DNA of 64,000 nt from Macrostomum hystrix (GCA_950097015.1 CATNEN010000038.1:35278001-35342000), one strand, 5' to 3'; counted from the first letter of the stretch, positions 1 to 12,663 are shown. Notes: generated from the sequence alone by a model not told the origin. Numbers and translations are program-made.

Positions 1-400
1 ACAACCTCTCACAAGGCTACAACCTCTCACAAGGCTACAACCTCTCACAAGGCTACAACCTCTCACAGGCTACAACCTCTCACAAGGCTACAACCTCTCA
101 CAAGGCTACAACCTCTCACAAGGCTACAACCTCTCACAGGCTACAACCTCTCACAGGCTACAACCTCTCACAGGCTACAACCTCTCACAGGCTACAACCT
201 CTCACAAGGCTACAACCTCTCACAAGGCTACAACCTCTCACAAGGCTACAACCTCTCACAAGGCTACAACCTCTCACAAGGCTACAACCTCTCACAAGGC
301 TACAACCTCTCACAAGGCTACAACCTCTCACATGGCTACAACCTCTCACAAGGCTACAACCTCTCACAAGGCTACAACCTCTCACAAGGCTACAACCTCT
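1..400. repeat. Minisatellite, 18-bp unit ACAACCTCTCACAAGGCT (some 17-bp variants); continues off the window start
   Basis: About 22 tandem copies are directly visible. They explain the spurious (RGCSLV)n ORF. Confidence 0.97.
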
Positions 401-680
401 AAAATATAAAATAAGTATAAAAAGAAACAATTTAATAAATAAAATACAATCAGCAAATACAGTCCACATGGTTACATGATGAAATTTTGTGAGCAGAACA
501 ATTATGCCTACACTGGTGGCTTTTGCCCCCAGACATCCCGGCGAGAATCCTTGAATATCTCGACGATGCTCGACTTATATCTCGACTTTCGCGGCAAATG
601 GTTGAATATTTTAGAAAATAGAGAAAAAACAAAGATATTGTTATTGGCCGTTAATTAAAAAAAAAAAAATTTTTTCAGGC

Positions 681-1709
681 ATGGATGGCAACTACAGTAC
701 CAGCAGTCTGGGACCGCAGAACACCACAGATGCCACCGAGCTGGATGGCGTCGACCCTCCGTGGTTGAAGTTCGCCGACACATTCTTTCTCATTGTTGGC
801 ATTTGCGCAGGCGTCTGCGGCAACCTGCTGACAATATTCTCAGTGACTCGCTTCAAACAACTCAAGTCGGCCACCAACTTCCTGGTCGTGAACATCGGCT
901 TGGCCGACCTTCTTGTCAGCGCCTATTCGATCCCCACCATTCTGGCTAACAGGCTGGCTGAGAACAACATTTTCCACAACATCATTTGCGGCGTGAACGC
1001 CTACGCGCTTTTCACAGCCGCTGGCGTGTCGAACTTCAGCTTCACGCTAATCGCTGTTGCTAGGAACCTGTGTGTGCTGCAGCGAGCCATTTATCAGCGG
1101 CACTTCACAGATGCCAAGGTGCTGTGCTACTGTGCAGCTTGCTGGGTGATCTGGCTCAGTGTCAGCGGCCTGTTCTGGTCGCAAGGTGGCTTCGGCTACA
1201 TCCCGGAGGTGTTCATCTGCTTCTACTACGACAACGATTCGCCTTTCGCTTTGAGCTTCCTGCTCACTTTGCTGGGGGTGGCGGTGCCATCGCTGCTGGC
1301 GGCCGGTTGCTACATCTTTCTCTTCTTTCGACTGTTCCGCCTGAAAAGGGAGACATCGATTTCAATCTCTGGCGATGCTGGTGGAACAACCAGCGTCAGC
1401 AAGGAGTGGAAGGCCCTGGCCCCAGTGCTGACTGCCTACATTGTGTTCAACCTGTGCTGGGGACCGTACAGCATTCATGTTTACATTGACAAATTCGTGG
1501 CCCCAGTGGGCAGAATACCACACAAAGTGATCACATGGCTGGCCGTATTCAATTCTACGCTGAACCCAATTATCTACGGCCTGATGAACTCGCACTTCCG
1601 GCGATGCTACATGCGCCTTGTTCGCGCCGCTTTCGCTTACTGCGTATGCAAAAGATCCACAGCTATTGCGCCATTGGAGACAGGAGATTGCTCCACTGCA
1701 CGAAGCTGA
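681..1709 (+). CDS. Class A (rhodopsin-like) 7TM GPCR, 342 aa, intronless CDS, melatonin-receptor-like/orphan
   Basis: Seven hydrophobic segments; GN in TM1; TNFLVVNIGLADLL in TM2; Cys at the start of TM3 and in ECL2; CWGPY in TM6; NSTLNPIIYG in TM7 followed by a helix-8-like FRR; N-terminal glycosylation sequons NYS and NTT. Confidence 0.93.
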   Translation: MDGNYSTSSLGPQNTTDATELDGVDPPWLKFADTFFLIVGICAGVCGNLLTIFSVTRFKQLKSATNFLVVNIGLADLLVSAYSIPTILANRLAENNIFHNIICGVNAYALFTAAGVSNFSFTLIAVARNLCVLQRAIYQRHFTDAKVLCYCAACWVIWLSVSGLFWSQGGFGYIPEVFICFYYDNDSPFALSFLLTLLGVAVPSLLAAGCYIFLFFRLFRLKRETSISISGDAGGTTSVSKEWKALAPVLTAYIVFNLCWGPYSIHVYIDKFVAPVGRIPHKVITWLAVFNSTLNPIIYGLMNSHFRRCYMRLVRAAFAYCVCKRSTAIAPLETGDCSTARS

Positions 1710-1719
1710 GCTGGTCGTT

Positions 1720-2782
1720 CCTGAACTCATCGTCTCATCATTTCTCAGTCCCTGAGCTCATTGTCTCTGAACTCATCGTCCCTGAACTCATTGTCCCTGA
1801 ACTCATTGTCCCTGAACTCATTGTCCTTAAACTCATTGTCCTTAAACTCATTGTCCTTAAACTCATTGTCCTTAAACTTATCGTCCCTGAACTCATTGTC
1901 CCTGAACTCATTGTCCCTGAACTCATTGTCCCTGAACTCATTGTCCCTGAACTCATTGTCCCTGAACTCATTGTCCCTGAACTCATTGTCCCTGAACTCA
2001 TTGTCCCTGAACTCATTGTCCCTGAACTCATTGTCCCTGAACTCATTGTCCCTGAACTCATTGTCCCTGAACTCATTGTCCCTGAACTCATTGTCCCTGA
2101 ACTCATTGTCCCTGAACTCATTGTCTCTGAACTCATTGTCCCTGAACTCATTGTCCCTGAACTCATTGTCTCTGAACTCATTGTCCCTGAACTCATTGTC
2201 CCTGAACTCATTGTCCCTGAACTCATTGTCCCTGAACTCATTGTCCCTGAACTCATTGTCCCTGAACTCATTGTCCCTGAACTCATTGTCCCTGAACTCA
2301 TTGTCCCTGAACTCATTGTCCCTGAACTCATTGTCCCTGAACTCATTGTCCCTGAACTCATTGTCCCTGAACTCATTGTCCCTGAACTCATTGTCCCTGA
2401 ACTCATTGTCCCTGAACTCATTGTCCTTAAACTCATTGTCCCTGAACTCATCGTCCCTGAACTCATTGTCCCTGAACTCATTGTCCCTGAACTCATTGTC
2501 CTTAAACTCATCGTCCCTGAACTCATTGTCCCTGAACTCATTGTCCCTGAACTCATTGTCCCTGAACTCATTGTCCTTAAACTCATTGTCCTTAAACTCA
2601 TCGTCCCTGAACTCATTGTCCCTGAACTCATTGTCCCTGAACTCATTGTCCCTGAACTCATTGTCCCTGAACTCATTGTCCCTGAACTCATTGTCCCTGA
2701 ACTCATTGTCCCTGAACTCATTGTCCCTGAACTCATTGTCCCTGAACTCATTGTCCCTGAACTCATTGTCCCTGAACTCATT
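1720..2782. repeat. Minisatellite, 15-bp unit CCTGAACTCATTGTC, about 70 copies
   Basis: Tandem array directly visible, starting just after the GPCR stop codon. Confidence 0.97.
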
Positions 2783-3629
2783 ATTAAAGAACTTAAAATC
2801 GTAGTAACTTGTTAAATGCTCATAAAACAATGCATGATACATGCCTGTGCATTGTGCAAAGAATCGTATATTTATCAAGTTTATCTGTCGAAACCAAAAA
2901 GCTTTAGATACACAACAGCTTTATGATACACCCAAAATTATTTACTAAACCTAAAATGAACCGTTTAATCTCCCAATGTAAGTTTCGATCCTGTAACAGG
3001 ATAATCAGTTTGTGTAGAACAGTAACATTTATGCTCAATCCCTATTACTTTTGCTTGCACCAATGAAATTCGAGACCTATTAAACAGACCGTAATGTCTG
3101 AGCAAACTCACTGATCACTTGAACAGAACAATGGACAAATGACTAATTAGCAGAGCGCACCAGTTAATGAGCATAGATCAAAGATATAATCACGATTTTC
3201 GACAATTTTTTTCACTGCAGAGTGATCTATATAGTCAAAGAGTCTGGCCTGCACCTGATTTGGGGAATCGCGAGAACTGACAAAGAAAAAATTGGCTCGA
3301 TGAGAAAATGGACACGTGCAGTTGGTCAGCGTCATTGATTCTCAAAGGACAGATGCATGAGACAGGACGGATTTTTCGTTTAATTTTATCGTGGTGTAGC
3401 AGTGCTACCGAATTGGCAAATATAGCTTTCCTTTTGGTTTAATGCAGAAAGACAGACTCGTTCACCCGAAAATAGGGACTCTGATGATTGGGTCGTTTTA
3501 GCAAGACTCTGTTAGGTAAATGAGAGTGATTTTACCTCACAGCATTACTAAGTTAATTTAGTAGGTGGGTTTGCTTTTAGGGAAATGTTAGAATTTTATA
3601 TAACAAATTATGCATTAAACAATGTGAAA

Positions 3630-3850
3630 ACCCCGCGGTTGTTCAAATACCCACATTTTATATTTTCTATATCTCCCAAAATATTCAAACCATTTCTATG
3701 AAAGTCCAGAACACTGGCAAAACAATTCCGCTCCATCCGATAAAAAACTACCAGAATCACAAAACACCGGCATCGTCAACATATTCATTGATTCTCGACG
3801 GGGTGTCTGCTGGCAAAAGTTACCAAAATATGCAAACATTTTTTGCTCAC
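3630..3850. mobile_element. Partial copy of the MITE family seen intact at 10032-10572
   Basis: Shares the TTCAAATACCCACA terminal motif and the reverse complement of the internal GAGAATCnTTGAATATCTnGACGATGC motif. Further fragments lie at about 470-640 and 16290-16580. Confidence 0.55.
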
Positions 3851-3877
3851 CTAACTTAATGATGTAACCATGTCGGC

Positions 3878-4235
3878 TGGGGTGGGTGGCAGAGCGGTCA
3901 ACGCGTTTGCCTTCGCGCACCAAGGTCCCTGAGCTCGATTCCGCGGCGAGGCCACATTCATTAGGGGCGCGGCGGCTGAGAGAAGGCTTGAGGACTTGTC
4001 GCGCATTTTACGGCCTTGAGGGCCAACCTCCAAGGCACAGTGAGAGTGTACGCTGCCTGACGATGAGAAAGTCAGGGCAGATGTACACACCTGTGTGAGT
4101 GTATGCGTGCATACGGTATCTGTGAGCGTGTGTGCTCAGGACTCAGCGGAATGGGCAGAACTGCCTCCTCGCTGGCAGCGGGTTTATTGTCACTAAGATG
4201 ATGTGCCATTGCCCGCAGCACTATTGTTAGTTATA
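3878..4235 (+). mobile_element. tRNA-derived SINE, near full-length (about 350 bp)
   Basis: Pol III A box TGGCAGAGCGG and B box G(C/T)TCGATTCC, a conserved body (CTGCCTGACGATGAGAAAGTCAGGGCAG) and an AT-rich tail; at least 7 more copies or fragments in the window. Confidence 0.8.
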
Positions 4236-5692
4236 TTGCATTGATTATATTGTACATTCAATATTGGTTCACCATAGAAATTTTTACAGGGCATTGTTAG
4301 TTGTCCTTGACACCAGGTTCTTCGCTTCGACAAGAGTCGCTGACGTCTGACAGCTTCGAAAGTTCATTCATCGAAAAGGGCAGAAATGTTCATGAGGTAA
4401 ACCAGTTGCTGGACTTTCACGAAAATTGTTCCTTTGGATTCGGAGCTATCCAAATGGAGTAATGGAGTAGGCAGTGGGTATTTGGTATACCCTCGTAGTC
4501 TTCCCCATTGGGGAAAAACAGCGTGGTTTTTCAACTGTTGATCATGACACATCTTAGTCATCGCATTCAGCAATTTTCCCTCAAAATCAATTAAACTAGG
4601 GTTATAAGTGAAGTTATGAGTTGGGTATTGTGGTAATAAAAGTATTGGGAGGCCATGTCCACCTGTGAAGCCAAATCAATAAGTTAGTTTTTTGACATGT
4701 GAACCGTGAAACATGCACTTTAATTTCTTCGAGATTGAAGACATTTTTTAACAGGAGTTAAGCCCATAGACAGCCTTGCTCTACAAAACTGCAAAGGGAG
4801 CTTGAGACGAATACAACTGAGGCATCAACTGAAGCGGAAGATTAACAAAAAAGAGTAGAAGCGCAACTTGAAAGCGTGATGGATCCATTCTGCATGTCCC
4901 ACTGCACTCCGAACTGCAAGACAGTTCTCGATCCGTTCTGCATACGTCAGCCGCCAAGGCAGAGCGAGTGTTATTTCAACCCGTTCCTGCACGCCCAGTG
5001 CCTCGGCGTAAACATGAACTCGGAAGGCTTGCAGAGAGATATTCAAAAGTGCCAGGAGGAGTACAAAATGAAAGTGTGGGCCATATTGAGGAAGTACGCT
5101 GTTGACGAAGCTGGCGCGTCGCAAAGCATCGACAAATAACACGGCTGACTTCACTTCAGTCGTCTTGTTGCACCTGAACTTTACTAAATCTCTCGACGCT
5201 GCTATTTCGTTAGCTCCACGACGTCTCTGATATTATCTCTCCAGCTCTGATCAATCTTATGTTAGAACATTTTCCTTGCCTAACGAACCCTCCGTTCAAT
5301 GTGCAAGCTAAAGTGCATTTTAATCCCAAACAAGCACTATAGGTTCCTTCCGTTTTACCATGACTGTACGCTCAGTTGCATTCAATTTTTAAGTGCTCAG
5401 GCAGACTTATTTCAACTCATTTGTTCAGCAATATTAACACCACAGCATTCAGCTGGGGACTTACTTGCCAAACCCTAGTAAGCCAACCAGCTTCGCCACT
5501 TTTGCGATAATATATCAGAGACCGATAGAAAGATTTCGCCTTTAAAAAGCTGCGAGAAAATTGTTCAGTCAAAGTCATTGAATTTTTTCATTTAATTATT
5601 TTGAATCAATTTACTTTTTATTGCCATCATCAAGTCACATTGAAAGAAGTATAGATTTTCTTAAGCCCGATTTGTTCTTAAACCTGAGTTTT

Positions 5693-6076
5693 CCATCAAA
5701 CACATGAGTATTCCAATCACACACCTGAGTATTCCAATCACACACCTGAGTATTCCAATCAAACACCTGAGTATTCCAATCACACACCTGAGTATTCCAT
5801 CCAAACACCTGAGTATTCCATCCAAACACCTGAGTACTCCATCCAAACACCTGAGTATTCCATCCAAACACCTGAGTATTCCATCCAAACACCTGAGTAT
5901 TCCATCCAAACACCTGAGTATTCCATCCAAACACCTGAGTATTCCATCCAAACACCTGAGTATTCCATCCAAACACCTGAGTATTCCATCCAAACACCTG
6001 AGTATTCCATCCAAACACCTGAGTATTCCATCCAAACACCTGAGTATTCCATCCAAACACCCGAATATTCCATCCA
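5693..6076. repeat. Minisatellite, 21-bp unit CCTGAGTATTCCATCCAAACA
   Basis: About 18 tandem copies are directly visible. Confidence 0.96.
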
Positions 6077-6655
6077 CAGAATTTACTTTATATATTTTGT
6101 GGTTCCATCGAAGTTAACCAAAGCTGCATTTAATTTAGGAATATCAGTAGATTGGCTGCCAAGGCCGGCAGTCAGAGGCTCTTTGAGGTAAAATGTGTTT
6201 AATTTATAATTTAGGGACCATGCAGTGGCTCGAGCTATGTGCTACAAGTGCTCTTACTGCCATTGTACCTTCCATACCCTAAAATATCTTCATAATAAAA
6301 TAGCTACACGTACTTATAAGATTGGAATTAAATTGTAACAGTTGAAATTTTCAGCTGCGGCTCATTTCATTGATACGTTTTGTAGCGAAACATAGAGATT
6401 ATGGTTTAAAACTGAGCCTTTTATTAACTAAAATTTGCATCAATAAAATTATTAGCAAAATGAACGAAGATTGGCGAAAATTGACACATAGAGATGCTTT
6501 AAGCCAGAAAGATGCAATCTTTGTAACCCCAAAAAGGACATCAACTTAAAACGAAAAATAAATTTCTTTTCAATTGTCAAGAAGTTGTGACTTCTAGACT
6601 ATATAGTTTGACCGAGTCTTGTAGTTAGGTGGCAGCCATTTTTATTTAATTGAAT

Positions 6656-8656
6656 TCAAATAATTTTATCTTTCAATCGAATGCCGCGACCAGCGCTAGA
6701 CTCTTGATCACTAGCTGCATCGGCTTTTGATTGAGTGCCCTGCTGACTTGGAGTCCTACCCATTGGTCGCTGAAAGTTCAGGCTGCCCCAATCATAGGCC
6801 AGGTTCGGCTTCACCGCATCGCCGGGTGTCGCCGAATTCTGAGGTCCGCCCTCCACCAGTGTCTTCTGCCCCGTCGAGAGCTCAACACCAGCGCCCCAGC
6901 GTCGAGCGGCGGTATCAGCAACAACTCGCGCCCGATCCAGAGCGTCTCGCAGCATAACGCTGCAGATCGCTGGCTCCTGGAGCCGTCCCGTCATTGAGCT
7001 GCCTGCCACTACTCTGGCTGCGGCAGAAACGCCACATTGCAACAGTCGATCATCGTTTAGGACGACATCCTGACGTTCGCTGTCCCTGCTCGGCTCCTCA
7101 GTTGTTGAATCGGCATCGGTTGTAAAGTCAAACTCCAACTGCATGTCGCAGTCGATGATGCACACAGCATCTGCCGGCTTGAGTGTCTTCACCTCGAAAT
7201 GAAACAACCTGTGGATGGGATGTGTTACGCTATGAGTACGCTGGACTAAATTAAAAAACTTTGATTGCATGAAATGACACGTGGTCCGAACTCAGTTGAC
7301 ATAGGCACTGACACAGAATGTAGCACTGAACGACTCGGCAGCTCGACAAAAGGCTTCGTACAGCTGTTCAGTCCACGGACTGGGAGACCCCGAGACAAAC
7401 CCGAATTCTTCCTTATCTAATGTTGGTACATGTATTAATAATGAAAATATTTTTTGCTTGACGGCTGTGGTCACTGGCACATCATTTGGTGGCACTAGAC
7501 CTGCAGCCAGCGAGGAAACAATACTGCCCGTTTCCTTGACTTTCTCATCGTCAGGCAATGCATTACACTCATCTGTGCCTTGGAGGTTGGCCCTCAAGGA
7601 CGTAAATTGCACGACAAGCCCCCCGAGCCTTCTCTCCACGCTGCGCCTCGAATGAATGTGGCCTCGCCGCGGAATCGAGCTCAGTGACCTTTAATTGTTA
7701 ATTGCTCTGCCACTCACCCCCCGCTGGTGCCAATTTCTCAACTTAGTTCTTAAATAATATTGCTTAAGGATTTGAAGTCACGCCCCTGTGAAAAGTTTTC
7801 ATAATTGTACACAGTACTCTAGAAACTGTTAAGCCTGTGAGAGATACAATTCAGACTACTGACAACAGTAGAAAGGCAAAGACTTGGCTGCAAAACTCTC
7901 ACATAACACTAAAAAATATCGCCATAAAAATGGCAAGCTTAAAAGAGACTTCTGTGCACACTAAGAGTGGTGGGAGAGGACTGCGTGTGGCTATGGCTGA
8001 CTGACGAAGGCAAACAAGCCAGAAACCGGTCTCGGTCTGCCAGCGCGAGGTTCGTTCCCCACTTTTAGTGTGTTACAAAGCCAAACATTGTTAAGCGTTT
8101 ACCTGTCCAGGTAGGAGATGCTGAACACGGACCCAACAGAGAGGCATGCAAAGTGGCGCAGTTTCTTATTGAGAATGGCAGTTGGATTAGCCCACGCAAA
8201 AACTTCAGTTGGTTCAAGCGGCCGAAGTCGAATGTAGTTTCCTGTAGGCATTGTGACAATGGACAGAGTGGCCTTGCAGTCGATACTGATGGTAGCATTC
8301 GTGTCTGGAGTTGTGCTGCTCGATGACCCTTTTCCAGTACTCGAAAGCTGCCTTGCCGCCCAGCTGGGAACAATGGCGGGATTGCTGTTGAATGTGGGGC
8401 CGTCATCTTCAGTGAAGCTGCGAAACACTGGATAGCCGAGGTGCACGAAGGCGGACGTGGTGGATAGACGGAAGAGGAATGGCGGCTGGCTAGACGTTAG
8501 TCGATGCAGCAGTCGGTCGGGCAAAATAAGACGACCTGTGTTTTCAATTTGGCACTCTGAATCTGGAGCACTGCTCAAAATTTCTTCTGCTTTGTCATCC
8601 GTGTAGATTTTAAATGTTCCTAGCAGCATCGTTGCTGATTGAAAATCAAAAGACAT
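6656..8656 (-). CDS. UFD1: Divergent UFD1-like protein (p97/Cdc48 adaptor family), 2 exons (8656-8103, 7208-6656), about 368 aa
   Basis: Exon 1 reads ENTGRLILP...PFLFRL...NPTAILNKKLRHFACLSVGSVFSISYLD. A GT-AG phase-2 intron (8102-7209) joins it in frame to RLFHFEVKTLKPADAVCIIDCDMQLEFD, matching the UFD1 UT3 domain consensus. The C-terminal PNLAYDWGSLNFQR and GRGIRL resemble the NPL4-binding and SHP motifs. Confidence 0.85.
7470..7722 (-). mobile_element. tRNA-SINE copy (internally deleted) in the UFD1-like intron
   Basis: Reverse-complement match to 3878-4235. Confidence 0.75.
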
Positions 8657-9545
8657 AGCTCTCTTAAAAGTAGACTGAAAATTAAGCGTCCTCAATAATA
8701 GGCTATTTGATCTAAATTAGACCAAAGACGACTTGAAACGTCTATGGCCAACGTCGAGCTTGTTATAATCAACTCACCGACAAACCACCAGTTAATAATG
8801 ACCGCAGGAAAGCACAGAATTAACAGAAAGTTTTGTGGACTTCATAGAAAGCATACTTAAAGCTAGATAAAAAATCCACTGCCCTGAGGCCCATAGTTAG
8901 AATGCTGGACAATAGTTTGAGTTTTAGTTTCCGATAGTAATATTTGATAGTAACTCGCAAAAACACAATAGATATTCTCCTTTCTGGAGCAAAGTGATAT
9001 CAGTCACAGTTTTTATTTTTCTTTTTAAATTTCAATATTTGATTTTTTGTTTTAATGCCTTTGTTTACAAATTTAAAATATTTTATTAACCTAAAATTAA
9101 TCTCATGCATGCTACTGTTTTTCTATCGCCGTTTTTTATCAAATCGTTCAGCCTTGTTACCAACATCAAACAAACAAAAAAAGCAGCACCCAATCAATAA
9201 TAATAATAATAAAACTAATTAGCTATTTGAGCAACGCTTCTTATGGTAAGATCTGCTTCGGGTAATGCACACTCGCAGAACAAGATAACTTTTAAAACTG
9301 TCTATAGGTAGCTGCTCTATGTGATTTTAATATTATAGGCACAATTTGCAGACCAGATTCTAACTACGGTGCAGTAAAGCTGTCCTTTCCTTAGACCTCG
9401 CTTCTCATTGGCTCAGCAATACTGCATGTCCATCCTGTCTCATAAAGAGCTTATGGAAATTTGCTCAACACGCAGGACTCCCACAGTAACCATTTACTGG
9501 CAAGCATTTCTTGATTAGCGACACCATTGTTATTCAACCTGCAGC

Positions 9546-10863
9546 ATGCCTTCTGCTTACCTTGCGGCCATTGCTTTAGCCCTGCTCCTGGCCTCTCCAG
9601 CCGCAATGGCTGCCAGGCTGCTGAACTACAAGTACCTCGGCTGCTATGTGGAAAGCGACCCAGCTAATCGGGACCTGGTCGGTCTCCGAGGACTCGCCCA
9701 GCTTGGCCCCTACTCAGTTTCCGTGCCTGCTGAAGGTCTGACGTCCTTAGCTGGCATGACAGTCGACATGTGCAGCCAGCTGTGCGCTCTGGGTGGCTTC
9801 GGCTACTTCGGCGTCCAGTTTGCGTCCTACTGCTCGTGCGACTTCACCTACGGCTCATTTGGCAGAGCTGCTGAGGCCGACTGCTCACTAGCCTGCAGCG
9901 GAAACTCCGCTCAGAAATGTGGAAACGCTTTTAGAAACTCCATGTACCAGGTCACTTACTCGAGTAAGATTATTTTCTAAGAATTCCCACAGATTATTAG
10001 AACTTTTGATGAAGCATATGGAACAAAAAATGTAGAAAGACTGGGGAAAGTCCACGGGGGTATTTCAAATACCCACAGCCTATAAAAAAATAGCTCCCAA
10101 ACCGAATGACCGATTTTCGTGAAAGTCCACCATGTGGATTGAAACTTTCAAAAACGTACGAGCCAGCATCATTCAGCGATTCTTGTCGAAGACCCAGGTA
10201 ACAAGGACACAAAAAATTCTCTGCATAAACCTCTTTGGCGAATCCATATCGGTTCAAAAAAATTTAAATTAACGGTATAATTAATGCAAAATAGTCAACA
10301 ATTGTAGCCGGCTTAATTACGAGATAAAAATTTGTCAGCAGAAAATGTGTGCTAATTTTTGTGATTTTTGCCACCAGAGACCCCGACGAGAATCGTTGAA
10401 TATCTGGACGATGCCAATGTTCTGTGATTCTGGAAATTGTTTCATCGGATAGAGCGGGAAATTTTAGCCCGTGGGCTCTGGATTTTCATGGTTCGTTTGT
10501 ATTGGTTGAATATTTTAGGAGATACAGAAATAGAGAAATGTGGGTATTTGAAATCCCCCTGGATCTTTCTACTGTTACTGAACACTTCAGCAAATCGTTT
10601 TTTCAGAGCACGACAGCTTTGACGCACTATCAAACGCAAGTGATTCAACGGTGCTTGTTGCAGCGGGGTATAATGTCACCACTGACAGACTGGGCAACTC
10701 CAAGACTTTACTGCGTTGCCTCCTTGAGTGCCAAGACAACCCGGTGGCGCTTTGCCAGGCGATCTTCTTCATCGACGAGAACAATAGCTGCTTTCTGCTT
10801 CCGTTTGCCGCCCGTCCAACCTCCTTGATCGGCGTCAACGGAAAGTTCTGGACCAGGACCTAG
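9546..10863 (+). CDS. Secreted WSC-domain + PAN/apple-like protein, 2 exons (9546-9963, 10607-10863), about 224 aa
   Basis: Signal peptide followed by the WSC motif YLGCY...MTVDMC..LC...YFGVQFASYCSC...C..ACSGN..QKCG. The GTAAGA donor and TTTTTTCAG acceptor join in phase 1 to KHDSF...CLLECQDNPVALCQAIFF...SCFLL, a PAN/apple-like Cys spacing. Confidence 0.85.
10032..10572. mobile_element. Non-autonomous DNA transposon (MITE) filling most of the WSC-gene intron
   Basis: Inverted repeats of about 25 bp (CCACGGGGGTATTTCAAATACCCACA / TGTGGGTATTTGAAATCCCCCTGG), plus outer GTAGAAAGA/TCTTTCTAC; related fragments occur elsewhere in the window. Confidence 0.65.
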
Positions 10864-12454
10864 GATCAAACTTGGTGTTGTTTTGTCAGGATATACTCTG
10901 AATAAGAAAAAATGTTAATACAGAGAAACTATAACTCATTCATTAAAAAAAACACGAAGATATGCTGCATGAGCAGGAAGTTAAGAGTTAACAGCCAGTT
11001 GTCTCTGTGAAGGCTCTTATTTTGAAGCGCAGTTTTTGTTATGTATTGTATTTTAACGACCAAATGATACTCAAGATGTTAGAACGAACCATTATATTCC
11101 TAATTATACATTGAAACGTACTAGTATCAAGGAATTGTTTACAGTTCTGAGCTAATTATACAGATCCTGTAATTTAAGATGAAAAACACTTTTTGGCGAT
11201 CAGTCGGAACATTAGAAATCTTTGAGCTTGCATCTTCGGGTAGTTCACACTCTTTTGGGATGCAGCCAATGAGCGAAGATTCTCAGTTTGTTTCGATCCA
11301 TGTTCGGTGACAGTTGTACAACCCTTTGTACATCCAAACGGCCCAGGGTATACATTAGTGTGTCATCTTCACAAAAACACTTTCTGCGCCTCGTTGCTGA
11401 CTTTACATTCTGTTGCTATCGAAGTCTACACGATGCTAGGCTCAATCATTAAAAACAAGTTTATGATTATTATTCTCCACACATACGCCTATTTATCTTA
11501 AAAAATTAAGCTGAATGCCTCAAAAACAAAGTTTACAACTTGAACGTGTGTATGACAGACAGCTTTGCTGGAAAACGTCCCACTGCCAAGATTCGTAGAT
11601 CAGTCTAATGACCCCATAAAGGATCATAGGGTATGTGCTCTTGGGACATTGTCTCGATGGCTAGGTGTTCTCTCAAGCCTATTTGCTATTTCCGTGCTTG
11701 TATGTGTTATGAAATTTAGGCTTTTGTCGAAAGCATTTAAAATTCTGCGGGAATGGAAGCATCTTCCTTCTTTCCCTTATCTCTAATAGGAACATGTCTG
11801 GCTTTAAGCAGAGAATTAATGCTTAGAATAATACTACAGGTGATTAATAGTAAGATTAGTCGAAAAGTAAGTAAAACAACTATATAATGAGCCAAGTTTA
11901 ATTGACTTTTTTTCAGTCCTTTAACTTCGTCATTTCCTTTATTATGTTGCCAAGCTGCCAAACATAACTGCTCGCTAAATATTTCAGTATGCAGTTGGTT
12001 TCTCTATGCCATTGTTTCTAAGTACAGGTGAGCAGCCCACTGGATGTGGAAGCCAACAGTGCAGCAGAATCTCTTCCAAACCTGAGCTCTTCCAAACCTG
12101 CATATTTCATGCGCTGTTTCTCAAGCAGCTCGGATGAAGTTATTCTTCAGAAGTCCAGCAGAAGCTCCAAACAACGCCGCAGAAAGAATTTAATCACGCA
12201 ACAAAGGTGGTGAGTGGTTTAAGACAAGAAAATATTTCTGCATTGCTCTTCAATTGAACGCCAAAATGGACGATCCGGTTCTTACTTAGCTCGCCCCTAT
12301 ACTGCTATAAGCCTCCGTCTCATTAGCTGGCATGAATATTTTTCCTGGGCCTCGCAACTTGCACGACACAACGCAGTATTAGTACTTTGCAGCCAAGTCG
12401 AGAAATAATAATTATTATTATTGTTATAACTATAATTGCAGGAGGGCTGCAAGC

Positions 12455-12663
12455 AATGGCTTATCGTTTGGTACCAATAGACCCGCAGCCAGTAAGGAGG
12501 CAAATTCTGCTCATTTCCGCTGACTCCTGAGCACACACACACAGATAATGCATGCAGGGCGTAAATTGCACGACAAGCCCCCAGCCAGCTCTGCGCCCAA
12601 ATTTAATGTGGCCTCGCTACGGAATCGAACTTAGGAACCTTGGTGCGAGAGTCAAACGCGTTA
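12455..12663 (-). mobile_element. tRNA-SINE copy, degenerate and deleted
   Basis: Reverse-complement match to the SINE head and 3' body. Confidence 0.65.

Noticed and set aside
185-469. (RGCSLV)n ORF, and likewise the ORFs at 5635-6117
   Set aside because: These are minisatellite translation artefacts.
1535-2878. Long ORFs (426, 377 and 347 aa) over the 15-bp array
   Set aside because: They are open in several frames only because the 15-mer lacks stops; the peptides are trivially periodic.
3878-3955. SINE heads as real tRNA genes
   Set aside because: No convincing cloverleaf, and they are attached to the same repeat body in the longer copies.
4364-5154. Short ORFs 4364-4573 and 4876-5139
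   Set aside because: No recognisable domain, non-ATG starts and no splice partners found. A real exon cannot be excluded.
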